This document shows positions 23,687 through 32,646 of a stretch of DNA of 36,362 nt, one piece after another. A model generated the notes under the pieces. That model worked only from the letters and a program-made list of their open reading frames with translations. It had not been told where the DNA came from and did no database searches. Every line of letters begins with the position of its first letter. Positions within the stretch are counted from its first letter, which is position 1. The position numbers and the translations under genes were made by a program. Origin of the DNA: Chitinophagales bacterium (GTDB taxonomy: Bacteria; Bacteroidota; Bacteroidia; Chitinophagales; UBA8649); contig JBMZDS010000001.1 of assembly GCA_049614465.1 (NCBI GenBank), positions 1 to 36,362 on the forward strand, given 5' to 3'.

Positions 23687-25324
23687 ATGAAAATCGCAAT
23701 CGCCCAACTCAATTATCACATTGGAAATTTTGATGCTAATTTCAATAAAATGAAAGATGCCGCATTAAGCGCAAAAAATGCGGGTGCAGATTTAGTACTC
23801 TTTGGTGAATTGGCGGTTTGTGGTTATCCTCCTAGAGATTTTTTGGAGTTTGATGATTTTATCGTGCGTTGCAAAACTGTGATAGATAGTCTGGCGAATT
23901 TGACAACAGATGATTTTGCTATCGTAGTAGGTGCGCCATCTGTCAATCCTGTTGTAGAAGGTAAAGATTTATATAACTCAGCTTATTTTTTGGTTGAAGG
24001 GAAAATCAAAAATGTCACACACAAGACATTATTGCCTACTTACGATGTTTTTGATGAGTATCGTTATTTTGAACCTAATACAAATTTTGAAATTGTAGAA
24101 TGGAAAGGAAGTCGCATTGCTGTCACTATCTGTGAAGATATTTGGAATCTCAACAATGAAAATCCATTGTATAAAATCAATCCAATGGACAAGTTGATAA
24201 AGCAAGAACCTGATTTTATCCTCAATTTATCTGCTTCTCCATTCAATGCAAATCATGCAGAGGCACGTAAAGGTATTGTCCGAGAAAATGCTCGACAGTT
24301 TAAGATTCCATTGTTCTATGCCAATCATGTAGGTGCACAAACGGAATTGATTTTTGATGGAGGCTCATTAGTAGCGAATAGTCAAGGTGAGATTGTCGCA
24401 GAATTGCCCTACTTTGAAGAGTGCATAGAAATGATAGATAGTGATGAAGTAAATCAGTTAGTCAAACTAGAAAATGATGACACACCTATCGCTCGTATTC
24501 ATGATGCTTTGGTGCTAGGAGTAAAAGATTATTTTGAGAAATTAGGATTTCAAAAAGCGACACTAGGATTGTCAGGAGGAGTTGACTCAGCATTGGTTTT
24601 ATATCTTGCGGTAAAGGCTTTAGGAAAAGAAAATGTAATGTCAGTGCTTTTACCTTCTCAGTATTCGTCAGATCATTCTATCTCAGATGCCGAAGAATTG
24701 TGTCATAATTTAGGTTCACCATTCAAGACTATTTCTATAGAAGATGGATATTTTGCGATAGAAAATACGGTAAAACCACATTTCGAAAATCTTCCGCCTA
24801 ATGTAGCCGAAGAAAATATTCAAGCAAGATTGAGAGGTGTTATCTTGATGGCATTGTCCAACAAACTGGGATACATTTTGCTCAATACATCTAATAAATC
24901 AGAAGCAGCTGTAGGTTATGGTACATTGTATGGCGATATGTGTGGAGGATTGGCAGTGATAGGCGATTTGTATAAGATACAGGTATACGAACTTTGTCGT
25001 TATATCAATCGAAATGGAGTTGTTATCCCACAACATATATTGGATAAAGCACCTTCTGCAGAATTGCGTCCTGGCCAAAAGGATAGCGATTCGCTTCCTG
25101 ATTATGCTATTTTGGATAAAGTACTGTATGAGTATATCGAAAATAGAAAAGGACCAGATGAGATTATTGCAATGGGCTACGATGAAGCTTTGGTCAAACG
25201 GATTCTCCGCATGGTCAATATGAATGAATGGAAACGACATCAAACAGCTCCAGTGCTGAGAGTGACAAGTAAGTCATTTGGAATGGGAAGACGTATGCCT
25301 ATTGTAGCAAAATATTTAGGCTAG
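23687..25324 (+). CDS. nadE: Glutamine-dependent NAD+ synthetase
   Basis: N-terminal CN-hydrolase domain (LVLFGELAVCGYPP, ICEDIW) and C-terminal NAD synthetase domain (LGLSGGVDSAL, GYGTLYGDMCGG). 545 aa. Confidence 0.93.
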   Translation: MKIAIAQLNYHIGNFDANFNKMKDAALSAKNAGADLVLFGELAVCGYPPRDFLEFDDFIVRCKTVIDSLANLTTDDFAIVVGAPSVNPVVEGKDLYNSAYFLVEGKIKNVTHKTLLPTYDVFDEYRYFEPNTNFEIVEWKGSRIAVTICEDIWNLNNENPLYKINPMDKLIKQEPDFILNLSASPFNANHAEARKGIVRENARQFKIPLFYANHVGAQTELIFDGGSLVANSQGEIVAELPYFEECIEMIDSDEVNQLVKLENDDTPIARIHDALVLGVKDYFEKLGFQKATLGLSGGVDSALVLYLAVKALGKENVMSVLLPSQYSSDHSISDAEELCHNLGSPFKTISIEDGYFAIENTVKPHFENLPPNVAEENIQARLRGVILMALSNKLGYILLNTSNKSEAAVGYGTLYGDMCGGLAVIGDLYKIQVYELCRYINRNGVVIPQHILDKAPSAELRPGQKDSDSLPDYAILDKVLYEYIENRKGPDEIIAMGYDEALVKRILRMVNMNEWKRHQTAPVLRVTSKSFGMGRRMPIVAKYLG

Positions 25325-26199
25325 TTTCTCAAATCCTCTCCCCAATGCAATTTGTAACGAATGGCATTAATGAAATTTCGCTTACTGAGTCGAACTAAAT
25401 TAGCTGCAAATTCAGATTTTTTGAGTGTGATAACACAAGTGCTATCTATCGTTTCTAATCGACTATCAAGAGTAGCCAAAAAACGACTGCTTCGTCCTTC
25501 TACTTCAAGTTTTATCTCCACATCATCTGGCACTATCATCGGACGTACATTGAGGTTGTGCGGAGCGATAGGTGTAAGTACAAAACTCTGTGAATGAGGA
25601 TAAATAATAGGTCCTCCACAGCTCAGATTGTATCCGGTAGAACCTGTAGGTGTACTTACTATCAATCCATCTGCCCAGTATGAATTGAGGTGTTCTCCAT
25701 CGAGATAAGTATGGACTGTTATCATTGAAGAAGTTTCACTACGCTGTATTGTAAACTCATTGAGTGCAAAAGCAGATTTTTGGAAAATAGCATGATTAGA
25801 GGTCAATGAAATCATTTTTCGCTTATCAATATCAAAACTATTTTTAATAAGTACATTGATTGCCTCATCTATCTGTTCAATAGCAATACTTGCCAGAAAA
25901 CCTAATCGACCAAAATTGATACCAATAACAGGGATTTCATATTCACCTATCCAACTAAAAGAATCGAGCATAGTACCATCACCTCCTAGGCTGAAAACAA
26001 AATCTACATTGTTGCCAACTTCTTCTCTTTTGGTAAATGTATTTCCCCTTAGTTCTATCTTAAAATCGTTATTGAGATGTTTACCAAAAGGAGCATATAC
26101 AGTGTACTCTATTTCTTTTTTATGAAGTAGACTAAATAATTGTTCTACATGTGCAGACAAGCTTTGTTTTAGTTTTCGACCGTAGATAGCAATTTTCAT
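25321..26199 (-). CDS. nadK: NAD+ kinase
   Basis: GGDGTML motif (FSLGGDGTMLDSF), then NFGRLGFL and STPTGSTGYNLS. 292 aa. Its stop overlaps the nadE stop within the tetranucleotide CTAG. Confidence 0.9.
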   Translation of the reverse strand: MKIAIYGRKLKQSLSAHVEQLFSLLHKKEIEYTVYAPFGKHLNNDFKIELRGNTFTKREEVGNNVDFVFSLGGDGTMLDSFSWIGEYEIPVIGINFGRLGFLASIAIEQIDEAINVLIKNSFDIDKRKMISLTSNHAIFQKSAFALNEFTIQRSETSSMITVHTYLDGEHLNSYWADGLIVSTPTGSTGYNLSCGGPIIYPHSQSFVLTPIAPHNLNVRPMIVPDDVEIKLEVEGRSSRFLATLDSRLETIDSTCVITLKKSEFAANLVRLSKRNFINAIRYKLHWGEDLRN

Positions 26200-26244
26200 A
26201 GCTCGTAAAGGTAGATACTTTTTTAGTATCCATAACTATTGATG

Positions 26245-26290
26245 TAAAAAAACAAAGTCCAAAGTAAACGAATTACTTTAGACTTTTTTA
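26245..26290 (-). terminator. Rho-independent terminator after the CBS gene
   Basis: 14-bp stem aaagtccaaagtaa / ttactttagacttt (one mismatch), loop acgaa, followed by a T-run on the minus strand (aaaaaaac on plus). Confidence 0.55.
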
Positions 26291-26331
26291 CCTTATTTAG
26301 TTTAGGATAAGGATTTTAGGGTTGATATTTC

Positions 26332-26745
26332 TTAAGCATCTTTTAGCATTCCGTTGAGGATAACTGCCAAATCTTTATTTGAAATAATTCCAACTATTTT
26401 TCCTTCTTCAACTACAGGTAGCGAACGGAATTTTGCATTTGATAATATTTCTGTAATATCTCCAAGCGTAGCAGATACATCTACAGTTGTAGGCTCATGT
26501 GTCATGATATCTTCAAGTGTGATTACATCATCTACATTATCTTCTACATCTTTTGCTCTTTCTGAAAATGCTTTTAAAGCGTCTTTCACACTAACTATCC
26601 CAAGCAATTTATCATCATACACTACAGGTAAATGGTATATCTGATAATCGAGAAACAACTTAAGTGCAGCAGAGAATTTTGTTTTCAAATCAGCGACAAT
26701 TACTTTTTTAGTCATTATCACAGCAACTGAGGTATTTTTGTCCAT
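26332..26745 (-). CDS. CBS domain pair protein
   Basis: Two CBS repeats (IMTKKVIVADL..HLPVVYDDKLLGIVSVKD and IMTHEPTTVD..RSLPVVEEGKIVGIISNKD). 137 aa. Confidence 0.85.
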   Translation of the reverse strand: MDKNTSVAVIMTKKVIVADLKTKFSAALKLFLDYQIYHLPVVYDDKLLGIVSVKDALKAFSERAKDVEDNVDDVITLEDIMTHEPTTVDVSATLGDITEILSNAKFRSLPVVEEGKIVGIISNKDLAVILNGMLKDA

Positions 26746-26828
26746 GTGTAGAGATTTTTTGTTGTGTTACAAATTTAATCATTAAATTACTCATTTTAAA
26801 TAAAATTGCTAACTTTTGCAGTAGAAAT

Positions 26829-28058
26829 ATGGGAAACAAAACATTTGAAATAGATAATACCGAAATTCATGTTGAAAAAGCGGTATTGGTAGGTTTGGTC
26901 ACAAAAGACCAAAGCGAAGAGCAATTGACAGAGTATTTGGACGAATTGGCATTTTTGGCGCAAACGGCAGGGGCAGAGACACAAGCTCGTTTTTGGCAAA
27001 AAATAGGTTCGCCAGACAAGCGTACTTATGTTGGAAAAGGAAAGTTAGAAGAGATTCAAACTTATATCAAGGCTTACGATATAGATTTACTCATTTTTGA
27101 TGATGAGATTTCTCCTTCACAACAGCGCAATATCGAAAAAGAAGTGAGTTGTAAAGTGCTTGACCGATCTATGCTGATTTTGGATATTTTTGCGCAGCGA
27201 GCAAAGACCGTACAAGCGCGTACACAGGTTGAATTGGCTCAAATGCAATATATGCTGCCTAGGCTAAAAGGGCTATGGACTCACCTTGATAGAACCAAAG
27301 GAGGAATAGGTCAGAGAGGTGCTGGAGAGAAAGAAATCGAGACAGATAGACGTATTGCAAGAGATAAAATCACCAAACTGAAAGCAAAACTAGCGGTGAT
27401 AGACAAGCAAAATGTCACTCGCAGAAAAAATCGAGAAGGTATGATACGGGTAGCGCTTGTGGGGTATACCAATGTCGGAAAATCAACACTAATGCGTATT
27501 TTGAGTAAAGAAGATGTTTTTGCAGAAGACAAATTATTTGCTACGCTTGATACTACCGTCAGAAAAGTAGTATTTAATCATGTTCCATTTCTTTTGTCAG
27601 ATACAGTTGGGTTTATTAGGAAGCTGCCGCATCATCTAGTAGAAAGTTTTAAATCTACATTAGATGAAGCGATAGAATCTGACATCTTATTGCATGTAGT
27701 AGATGTCGCTCATACTGGTTTTGAAGACCAAATGAAAGTAGTCAATAAAACACTCACGGAATTAAAGGCTTCTGACAAGCCTACATTGACTATTTTCAAT
27801 AAAATGGATTTGTATCGTGAGCGACAATTTGATGCGATGTTGCCAGAGCCTGTCAAAAAAGAATTATTGCAAGAGTTAGAGCAAACATGGATGGCAAAGA
27901 CGAATCAAAATGCCATTTTTGTATCGGCTCAAAATGGTGAAAATATTGTAGAGCTTCGCAAGACTATATTTAAATACGTTAAGAAATTGTATCTACAACG
28001 ATATCCGTATAAAGCGAGCTATATCGAAAGTTATGATGTAGATTTGAGTGAAGAATGA
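26829..28058 (+). CDS. hflX: GTPase HflX
   Basis: HflX N-terminal domain, coiled linker and G domain (G1 GYTNVGKSTLM, G3 DTVGF, G4 NKMD). Confidence 0.92.
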   Translation: MGNKTFEIDNTEIHVEKAVLVGLVTKDQSEEQLTEYLDELAFLAQTAGAETQARFWQKIGSPDKRTYVGKGKLEEIQTYIKAYDIDLLIFDDEISPSQQRNIEKEVSCKVLDRSMLILDIFAQRAKTVQARTQVELAQMQYMLPRLKGLWTHLDRTKGGIGQRGAGEKEIETDRRIARDKITKLKAKLAVIDKQNVTRRKNREGMIRVALVGYTNVGKSTLMRILSKEDVFAEDKLFATLDTTVRKVVFNHVPFLLSDTVGFIRKLPHHLVESFKSTLDEAIESDILLHVVDVAHTGFEDQMKVVNKTLTELKASDKPTLTIFNKMDLYRERQFDAMLPEPVKKELLQELEQTWMAKTNQNAIFVSAQNGENIVELRKTIFKYVKKLYLQRYPYKASYIESYDVDLSEE

Positions 28059-28115
28059 TATAATCATTAGTATGTATCATTATTTTCCGTATTTTTATTC
28101 TTTCAATTTATCAAG

Positions 28116-30806
28116 ATGAAAAAAAATATACTATTTTCTATTTTTTTATTATTGTTTTCGACTGTTTTTTCTCAAGAAACTCAGCGTAGCAATCGTTCTT
28201 TTGCGCAAGCACCATTTTTTCATGGAGTGGCATCGGGTGATCCGCTTGCTGATGCCGTTATGTTATGGACGAGAGTGACACCTGCTGACGGTAGTGGAAA
28301 TGATATAGATGTTTATTGGCAAGTAGCGACAGACACAGCTTTTACGAATGTAGTTAATTTTGGAAAAACGGAAGCTACTGCTACAGGTGATTATACTGTG
28401 AAATTGGATGTTTGTGGATTGCAGCCTAGTACATATTACTATTATGTATTTCAAGCCTATGGCACAAATTCTATTATCGGGAGGACAAAAACTGCTCCAC
28501 AAGGGGCTAATTCTGAAGTGAAATTTGGCGTAGCATCATGCTCCAGTTATGAGCATGGATATTTCAATGCTTACGAGAGTATGTCAAAAAGAAATGATTT
28601 GGATGCGATTATTCATTTAGGAGATTATATCTACGAATATGAAACAGGTGGTTTTAGTTCAAGTGTAATGACAAATCAGGGACGTGTATATGTGCCCGGC
28701 AATGAAGCAATAACACTCACAGACTATAGAGCTAGACATTCACATTATAAATTGGATGATCAATTACAACTTTTACATCAAGTACATCCATTTATCACAA
28801 CATGGGACGATCATGAGACTGCCAATGATGCTTATAAAGATGGCGCAGAAAATCATGATGGAAGTGAAGGGCTTTGGCAAGATAGAAAAATAAGTGGTAC
28901 GCAGGCCTATAGTGAATGGATGCCTATTAGAAATCCAGATCCTAATGATCCTTTGAAAATATGGAGAAAATTGCGTTATGGAGACTTGTTGGATTTAATT
29001 GTGCTGGATTCTCGTCTTTGGGGAAGAGATGAGCAAGATATGGGTGCAACTGATGACAATACAAGAAGTTTGCTTGGAGCAGATCAATTTGCATGGCTAG
29101 AGACAGAATTATCAGACAATACAACACAATGGAAGATAATCACACAGCAAGTAATGTTGGCTCCATTAGAAATCTTTGGTGCTGCTGTCAATGCTGACCA
29201 ATGGGATGGCTACAATGCGGATAGACAGCGACTGATTAGTTTTATCGAAAATAATAACGTCACAAACCCTGTAGTTTTGACAGGAGATATTCATTCTACT
29301 TTTATCAATAACGTAGAAGGAGATAATGGCACAGCAGCATCAGAGTTTGTAGTCACTTCAGTCACTTCACCGGGTATAGATGTCGTAGAAGTTGCTTTAG
29401 GAAATTTACCACAGTGGTTACTTGATATTGTAGGAGGTACAGTTAATGGCGCATTAGAATTTTTTAATGACCATATGCAATATGTCAATATGGAAGATCA
29501 TGGATATATGGTACTGACGATAGATGATAGCAAAGCACAGGGCGATTATATCTGGCTAGATAGAGAGGTGATAGATACAACAGAAGATTTTGCGACATCA
29601 TGGTATGTCAATGATGGAGTTGCCGGTATGAATGAAGCAAACAATCCTATTGCTGTAGATGCGGGCACGGGTATTTTTCCTCCATTAGCTCCTGTACAGA
29701 CTATTCCGTTTGCAATATTGCCAGATACGTTTTTTGTCTCTATACAAAATGGAATGATGCTCAATGAATGTATTATCAATACTACGGGAGCATGTCCTAC
29801 GCTCACTACGAGTATTAGTATCAATCCTGAAGAAGGTGTTGCTAATTTGACTGACTTTTGTTTTGCTTATCAAGCGCCAACCAATTTTGTAGGAGTAGAT
29901 GAAATAGAAGTAGAAGTATGTCCAACTTCAAATCCATTAGATTGTGAAACTGTAATCGTGCAAATAAATGTAGGCGGAACGACCAATATAGATACAATAA
30001 CCTATAGTACTATGAATACAGAAGAAGTAACGGATTGTTTTACTTTCGATGATTTGTACACAGGAGTTTCGACTTATTCATATATATATAATGGCAATGC
30101 TACAGTTTTGTTTGATAATATTGGCTGCTTTACCTATACTCCAGACACCTCTTTTTGCGGAATTGAATATGTCGCTTTTGTAGCTTGTGATAGTATCGGT
30201 GTATGCGATACGATTGTAGCTGAGATGATAGTAGATGGAGAAAGTAGTACTCAGTATATTATGCTTACTGCTGAGCAAGAAGAGTTGATTAATTATTGCT
30301 TAGGTTTTGATGATTTGCAAGGAGATATTACAAATGTGGATGTCTTTTTTAATACTGATAATGGCAATGCACTTGAGTATAATGATACTTGTATGAGTTA
30401 TGTCTCTGCTGCAGATTTTGTAGGAAATGATACTATTATGATGGTGGCTTGTGATGATTTTGTGCCACAAAAATGTGATACTATACTATATGTAATCACT
30501 GTAGATGCCGATAGTACAATGATTCCTATACATGAAATCGAAAATGATGAATTTGCAATACTAGGCGTTTATCCTAATCCGTTTGAGACGGAAATTTTGA
30601 TACAGTATTATCAATTCAAAGAGACACCACTTCGTCTTACACTATATAATGTGATGGGGCAGCAGATATTTGACGATGTCGTGATAGACAATACGGAAGG
30701 AAGGAAGTATGCCCGTATAGGAGCAGAAGGATTGTCAAGTGGAGAATATATATTGCACATCCATACAGAGAAATATAGCTATACACAGAAGGTTGTCAAG
30801 TATTAA
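28116..30806 (+). CDS. PhoD-family alkaline phosphatase with three Cys-rich Ig-like repeats and a T9SS C-terminal sorting domain
   Basis: Sec signal peptide. PhoD N-terminal and metallophosphatase domains (FHGVASGDP, LWTRV, HLGDYIYEY, TWDDHE, VLTGDIHS). Repeats cover residues ~535-797. T9SS CTD is ILGVYPNPFETEILIQY..GEYILHIHTEKYSYTQKVVKY. Confidence 0.88.
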   Translation: MKKNILFSIFLLLFSTVFSQETQRSNRSFAQAPFFHGVASGDPLADAVMLWTRVTPADGSGNDIDVYWQVATDTAFTNVVNFGKTEATATGDYTVKLDVCGLQPSTYYYYVFQAYGTNSIIGRTKTAPQGANSEVKFGVASCSSYEHGYFNAYESMSKRNDLDAIIHLGDYIYEYETGGFSSSVMTNQGRVYVPGNEAITLTDYRARHSHYKLDDQLQLLHQVHPFITTWDDHETANDAYKDGAENHDGSEGLWQDRKISGTQAYSEWMPIRNPDPNDPLKIWRKLRYGDLLDLIVLDSRLWGRDEQDMGATDDNTRSLLGADQFAWLETELSDNTTQWKIITQQVMLAPLEIFGAAVNADQWDGYNADRQRLISFIENNNVTNPVVLTGDIHSTFINNVEGDNGTAASEFVVTSVTSPGIDVVEVALGNLPQWLLDIVGGTVNGALEFFNDHMQYVNMEDHGYMVLTIDDSKAQGDYIWLDREVIDTTEDFATSWYVNDGVAGMNEANNPIAVDAGTGIFPPLAPVQTIPFAILPDTFFVSIQNGMMLNECIINTTGACPTLTTSISINPEEGVANLTDFCFAYQAPTNFVGVDEIEVEVCPTSNPLDCETVIVQINVGGTTNIDTITYSTMNTEEVTDCFTFDDLYTGVSTYSYIYNGNATVLFDNIGCFTYTPDTSFCGIEYVAFVACDSIGVCDTIVAEMIVDGESSTQYIMLTAEQEELINYCLGFDDLQGDITNVDVFFNTDNGNALEYNDTCMSYVSAADFVGNDTIMMVACDDFVPQKCDTILYVITVDADSTMIPIHEIENDEFAILGVYPNPFETEILIQYYQFKETPLRLTLYNVMGQQIFDDVVIDNTEGRKYARIGAEGLSSGEYILHIHTEKYSYTQKVVKY
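29718..30506 (+). repeat. Three tandem ~85-90-aa protein repeats (four Cys each) inside the PhoD gene
   Basis: By-eye alignment of three units. Each ends C-[FM]-x-Y-x4-5-F-x-G-x-[DE]-x6-7-C-x4-6-C-[DE]-T-[IV]-x3-I-x-V, for example CFAYQAPTNFVGVDEIEVEVCPTSNPLDCETVIVQINV, CFTYTPDTSFCGIEYVAFVACDSIGVCDTIVAEMIV and CMSYVSAADFVGNDTIMMVACDDFVPQKCDTILYVITV. Confidence 0.7.
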
Positions 30807-30839
30807 CAGATGATTTTGTATATTTAGCATTAAAATAGA

Positions 30840-30868
30840 AAGGTGGCAAATGTGTCACCTTTTTTCTT
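30840..30868 (+). terminator. Rho-independent terminator after the PhoD gene
   Basis: 9-bp stem aaggtggca / tgtcacctt (one G-U), loop aatg, then ttttcttc. The ORF caller's ATG at 30850 lies in the loop. Confidence 0.6.
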
Positions 30869-30876
30869 CAAGGTCA

Positions 30877-32646
30877 ATGAAAAAAAAATATTGGATATTA
30901 TTGTGCTTTTTTGTCTCGCTTTATTTCTACAGTGATGCACAAAATACCAATGTAGATGACTCCAAGAGCAAGAAAGTAAAAAAAGAAAAAGACCCCAATA
31001 AAGAGAGTTTTGTTGATTATTTCAATTTTCCACAAAAAGCAGTTCGAGACTATACATCAATAGATGGTTTTCAAGAATATGCAGGGCTCGAGATAAGTCA
31101 AATAAATGTATATATTCTCAATAGATTAGTAGAGCCAATAGCGGATAATGATAGTCTGCCAGTTATAGTACAAGATGCTAATAATCTAAAGGAAAATTTC
31201 AATAAAAAAATCATTTATAATCAATTACTTTTTGAGTATGGCGATAAGATAGATCCTCTTTTAGTAGCGGATAGTGAGCGAAATATACGAGTAGAGACTA
31301 TTTTTAAAGATGCGATAATCAACGTAACGCCTCAAGGAGATTCTTTAGCTGTAATCGATGTTTTTATTCAAGACAATCGTCATTGGAAAATGATTTTTGC
31401 AGCAGCTCCTACATCTTTGAAACTTGGGGCAGGGTTTAAAGATTTTGGTGGCTTGACACAGACTTTACGTCTATATGGGCAAGGACAGTTTGACTTGAAA
31501 AATCCTTATAGTGTCAATGCTTTTTATAAAATGAGTAATTTGGGTGGTTCGCAAATTAGTATTGCGAATAACTATATCAGAGAAAATTTATCGCAAGCAT
31601 TCAAATTTAAGATTAATAGAAAGTTTTTTGCTTACAATACTAAAGTCGCTGGCAAAGTGGAATTAGATTATAAAACTGAAAAAATTGGCAATACAGATTT
31701 TTCGCCTGACTACAATCTACGATATCTAGATCAGGATTATTGGCTTGCACGTTCATTTCCGTTGAAAAATATACAGGAACGCAATCAAAACATGCGTTTT
31801 ATCATGTCGTCTAGAGCGACTATTCGTAATTATATAGAAAAACCCATAGAGGCAGACTCGCTGTCTTATGGCGATAAACAATTTTATCTAGGGAGTTTCG
31901 GTATAGCCACTAGAGATTGGGTGGGTTATAAAGAGTTGTATTATTTTAGACAATATGATTATGTGCCAAAGGGATACAATCTCGCTTTTGTAGGTGGTTA
32001 TGAAATAGATGAATTTTCTGGTAAAAGATGGTATAGTGGTATGCGTACGAGTTATGCAAATCAGTATCCAAAGTTTGGGTATCTGGAGACACAATTGAAT
32101 TACGGTGCTTTTTTCAAGAAGAAAGATTATGAGCAAATCACATTGCAAATTGTTAATGATTATTTTACGAACAAAATAAAAGTAGGAAAATTAGGATTTC
32201 GTCAATTTGTAAAAATCAATTCAACATTTAGTTTCGATAGACCTTTCCATGAGTTGTACAATGTCAGTAATGGTATTAGTGGATTAAAATCGAACAAATT
32301 GAAAGCCACTAAGAGTTTAGTGCTCAATTTTGAGTCTGTGTTTTATACCCCTATAAAGTGGTGGACATCAAGAAGTAATTTTTTCTTTTTTGCTGATTTA
32401 GGTATGGTTTCACAGGATGACAGAGATTTTCTGTTAGATAATAATTTGTACCAAGGCTATGGTATGGGTATTCGTTTTCAAAACTTGGCAACAGCTATAT
32501 ATTATATGGAGATTTCATTTGGAATATACCCAAATGGCTATCGTATAGACGCTCCTATCTGGAATTATAATCTTGGTTTTGAGCCATCGAGAACAGTTGG
32601 TGCGGGCAATTTGTACGGAGAAGGAGTGCTTAATGATATTTACTAA
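30877..32646 (+). CDS. Omp85/BamA-family-like outer membrane protein (POTRA-like segment plus beta-barrel)
   Basis: Signal peptide MKKKYWILLCFFVSLYFYSDAQ when started at ATG 30877, downstream of the terminator. The POTRA-like segment is ISQINVYI..VIDVFIQDNRHW. The barrel end, FFFADLGMV..LYQGYGMGIRFQ, resembles the Omp85 C-terminal motif. Confidence 0.55.
   Translation: MKKKYWILLCFFVSLYFYSDAQNTNVDDSKSKKVKKEKDPNKESFVDYFNFPQKAVRDYTSIDGFQEYAGLEISQINVYILNRLVEPIADNDSLPVIVQDANNLKENFNKKIIYNQLLFEYGDKIDPLLVADSERNIRVETIFKDAIINVTPQGDSLAVIDVFIQDNRHWKMIFAAAPTSLKLGAGFKDFGGLTQTLRLYGQGQFDLKNPYSVNAFYKMSNLGGSQISIANNYIRENLSQAFKFKINRKFFAYNTKVAGKVELDYKTEKIGNTDFSPDYNLRYLDQDYWLARSFPLKNIQERNQNMRFIMSSRATIRNYIEKPIEADSLSYGDKQFYLGSFGIATRDWVGYKELYYFRQYDYVPKGYNLAFVGGYEIDEFSGKRWYSGMRTSYANQYPKFGYLETQLNYGAFFKKKDYEQITLQIVNDYFTNKIKVGKLGFRQFVKINSTFSFDRPFHELYNVSNGISGLKSNKLKATKSLVLNFESVFYTPIKWWTSRSNFFFFADLGMVSQDDRDFLLDNNLYQGYGMGIRFQNLATAIYYMEISFGIYPNGYRIDAPIWNYNLGFEPSRTVGAGNLYGEGVLNDIY

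Noticed and set aside
419-29873. Many other 60-114-aa track ORFs are nested in or antisense to larger genes. Examples are 419-631, 1140-1331, 2745-2927, 3494-3750, 5530-6629, 7402-7626, 13872-14078, 14822-15422, 16908-17972, 19550-19756, 24064-25243, 25361-26125, 26354-26644, 27311-27532, 28263-30278 and 31888-32148.
   Set aside because: All overlap confidently assigned genes, lack recognisable motifs and have antisense-type composition.
30850-30876. ATG at 30850 as the start of the Omp85-like gene. Similar upstream track starts are 35074 for yceD, 6719 for the MFP, 4773 for TetR and 2049 for YdcF.
   Set aside because: The ATG at 30850 sits in the loop of the PhoD terminator hairpin, and 35074 lies upstream of the predicted promoter. 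In each case a downstream ATG gives a proper signal peptide or a family-typical N-terminus.
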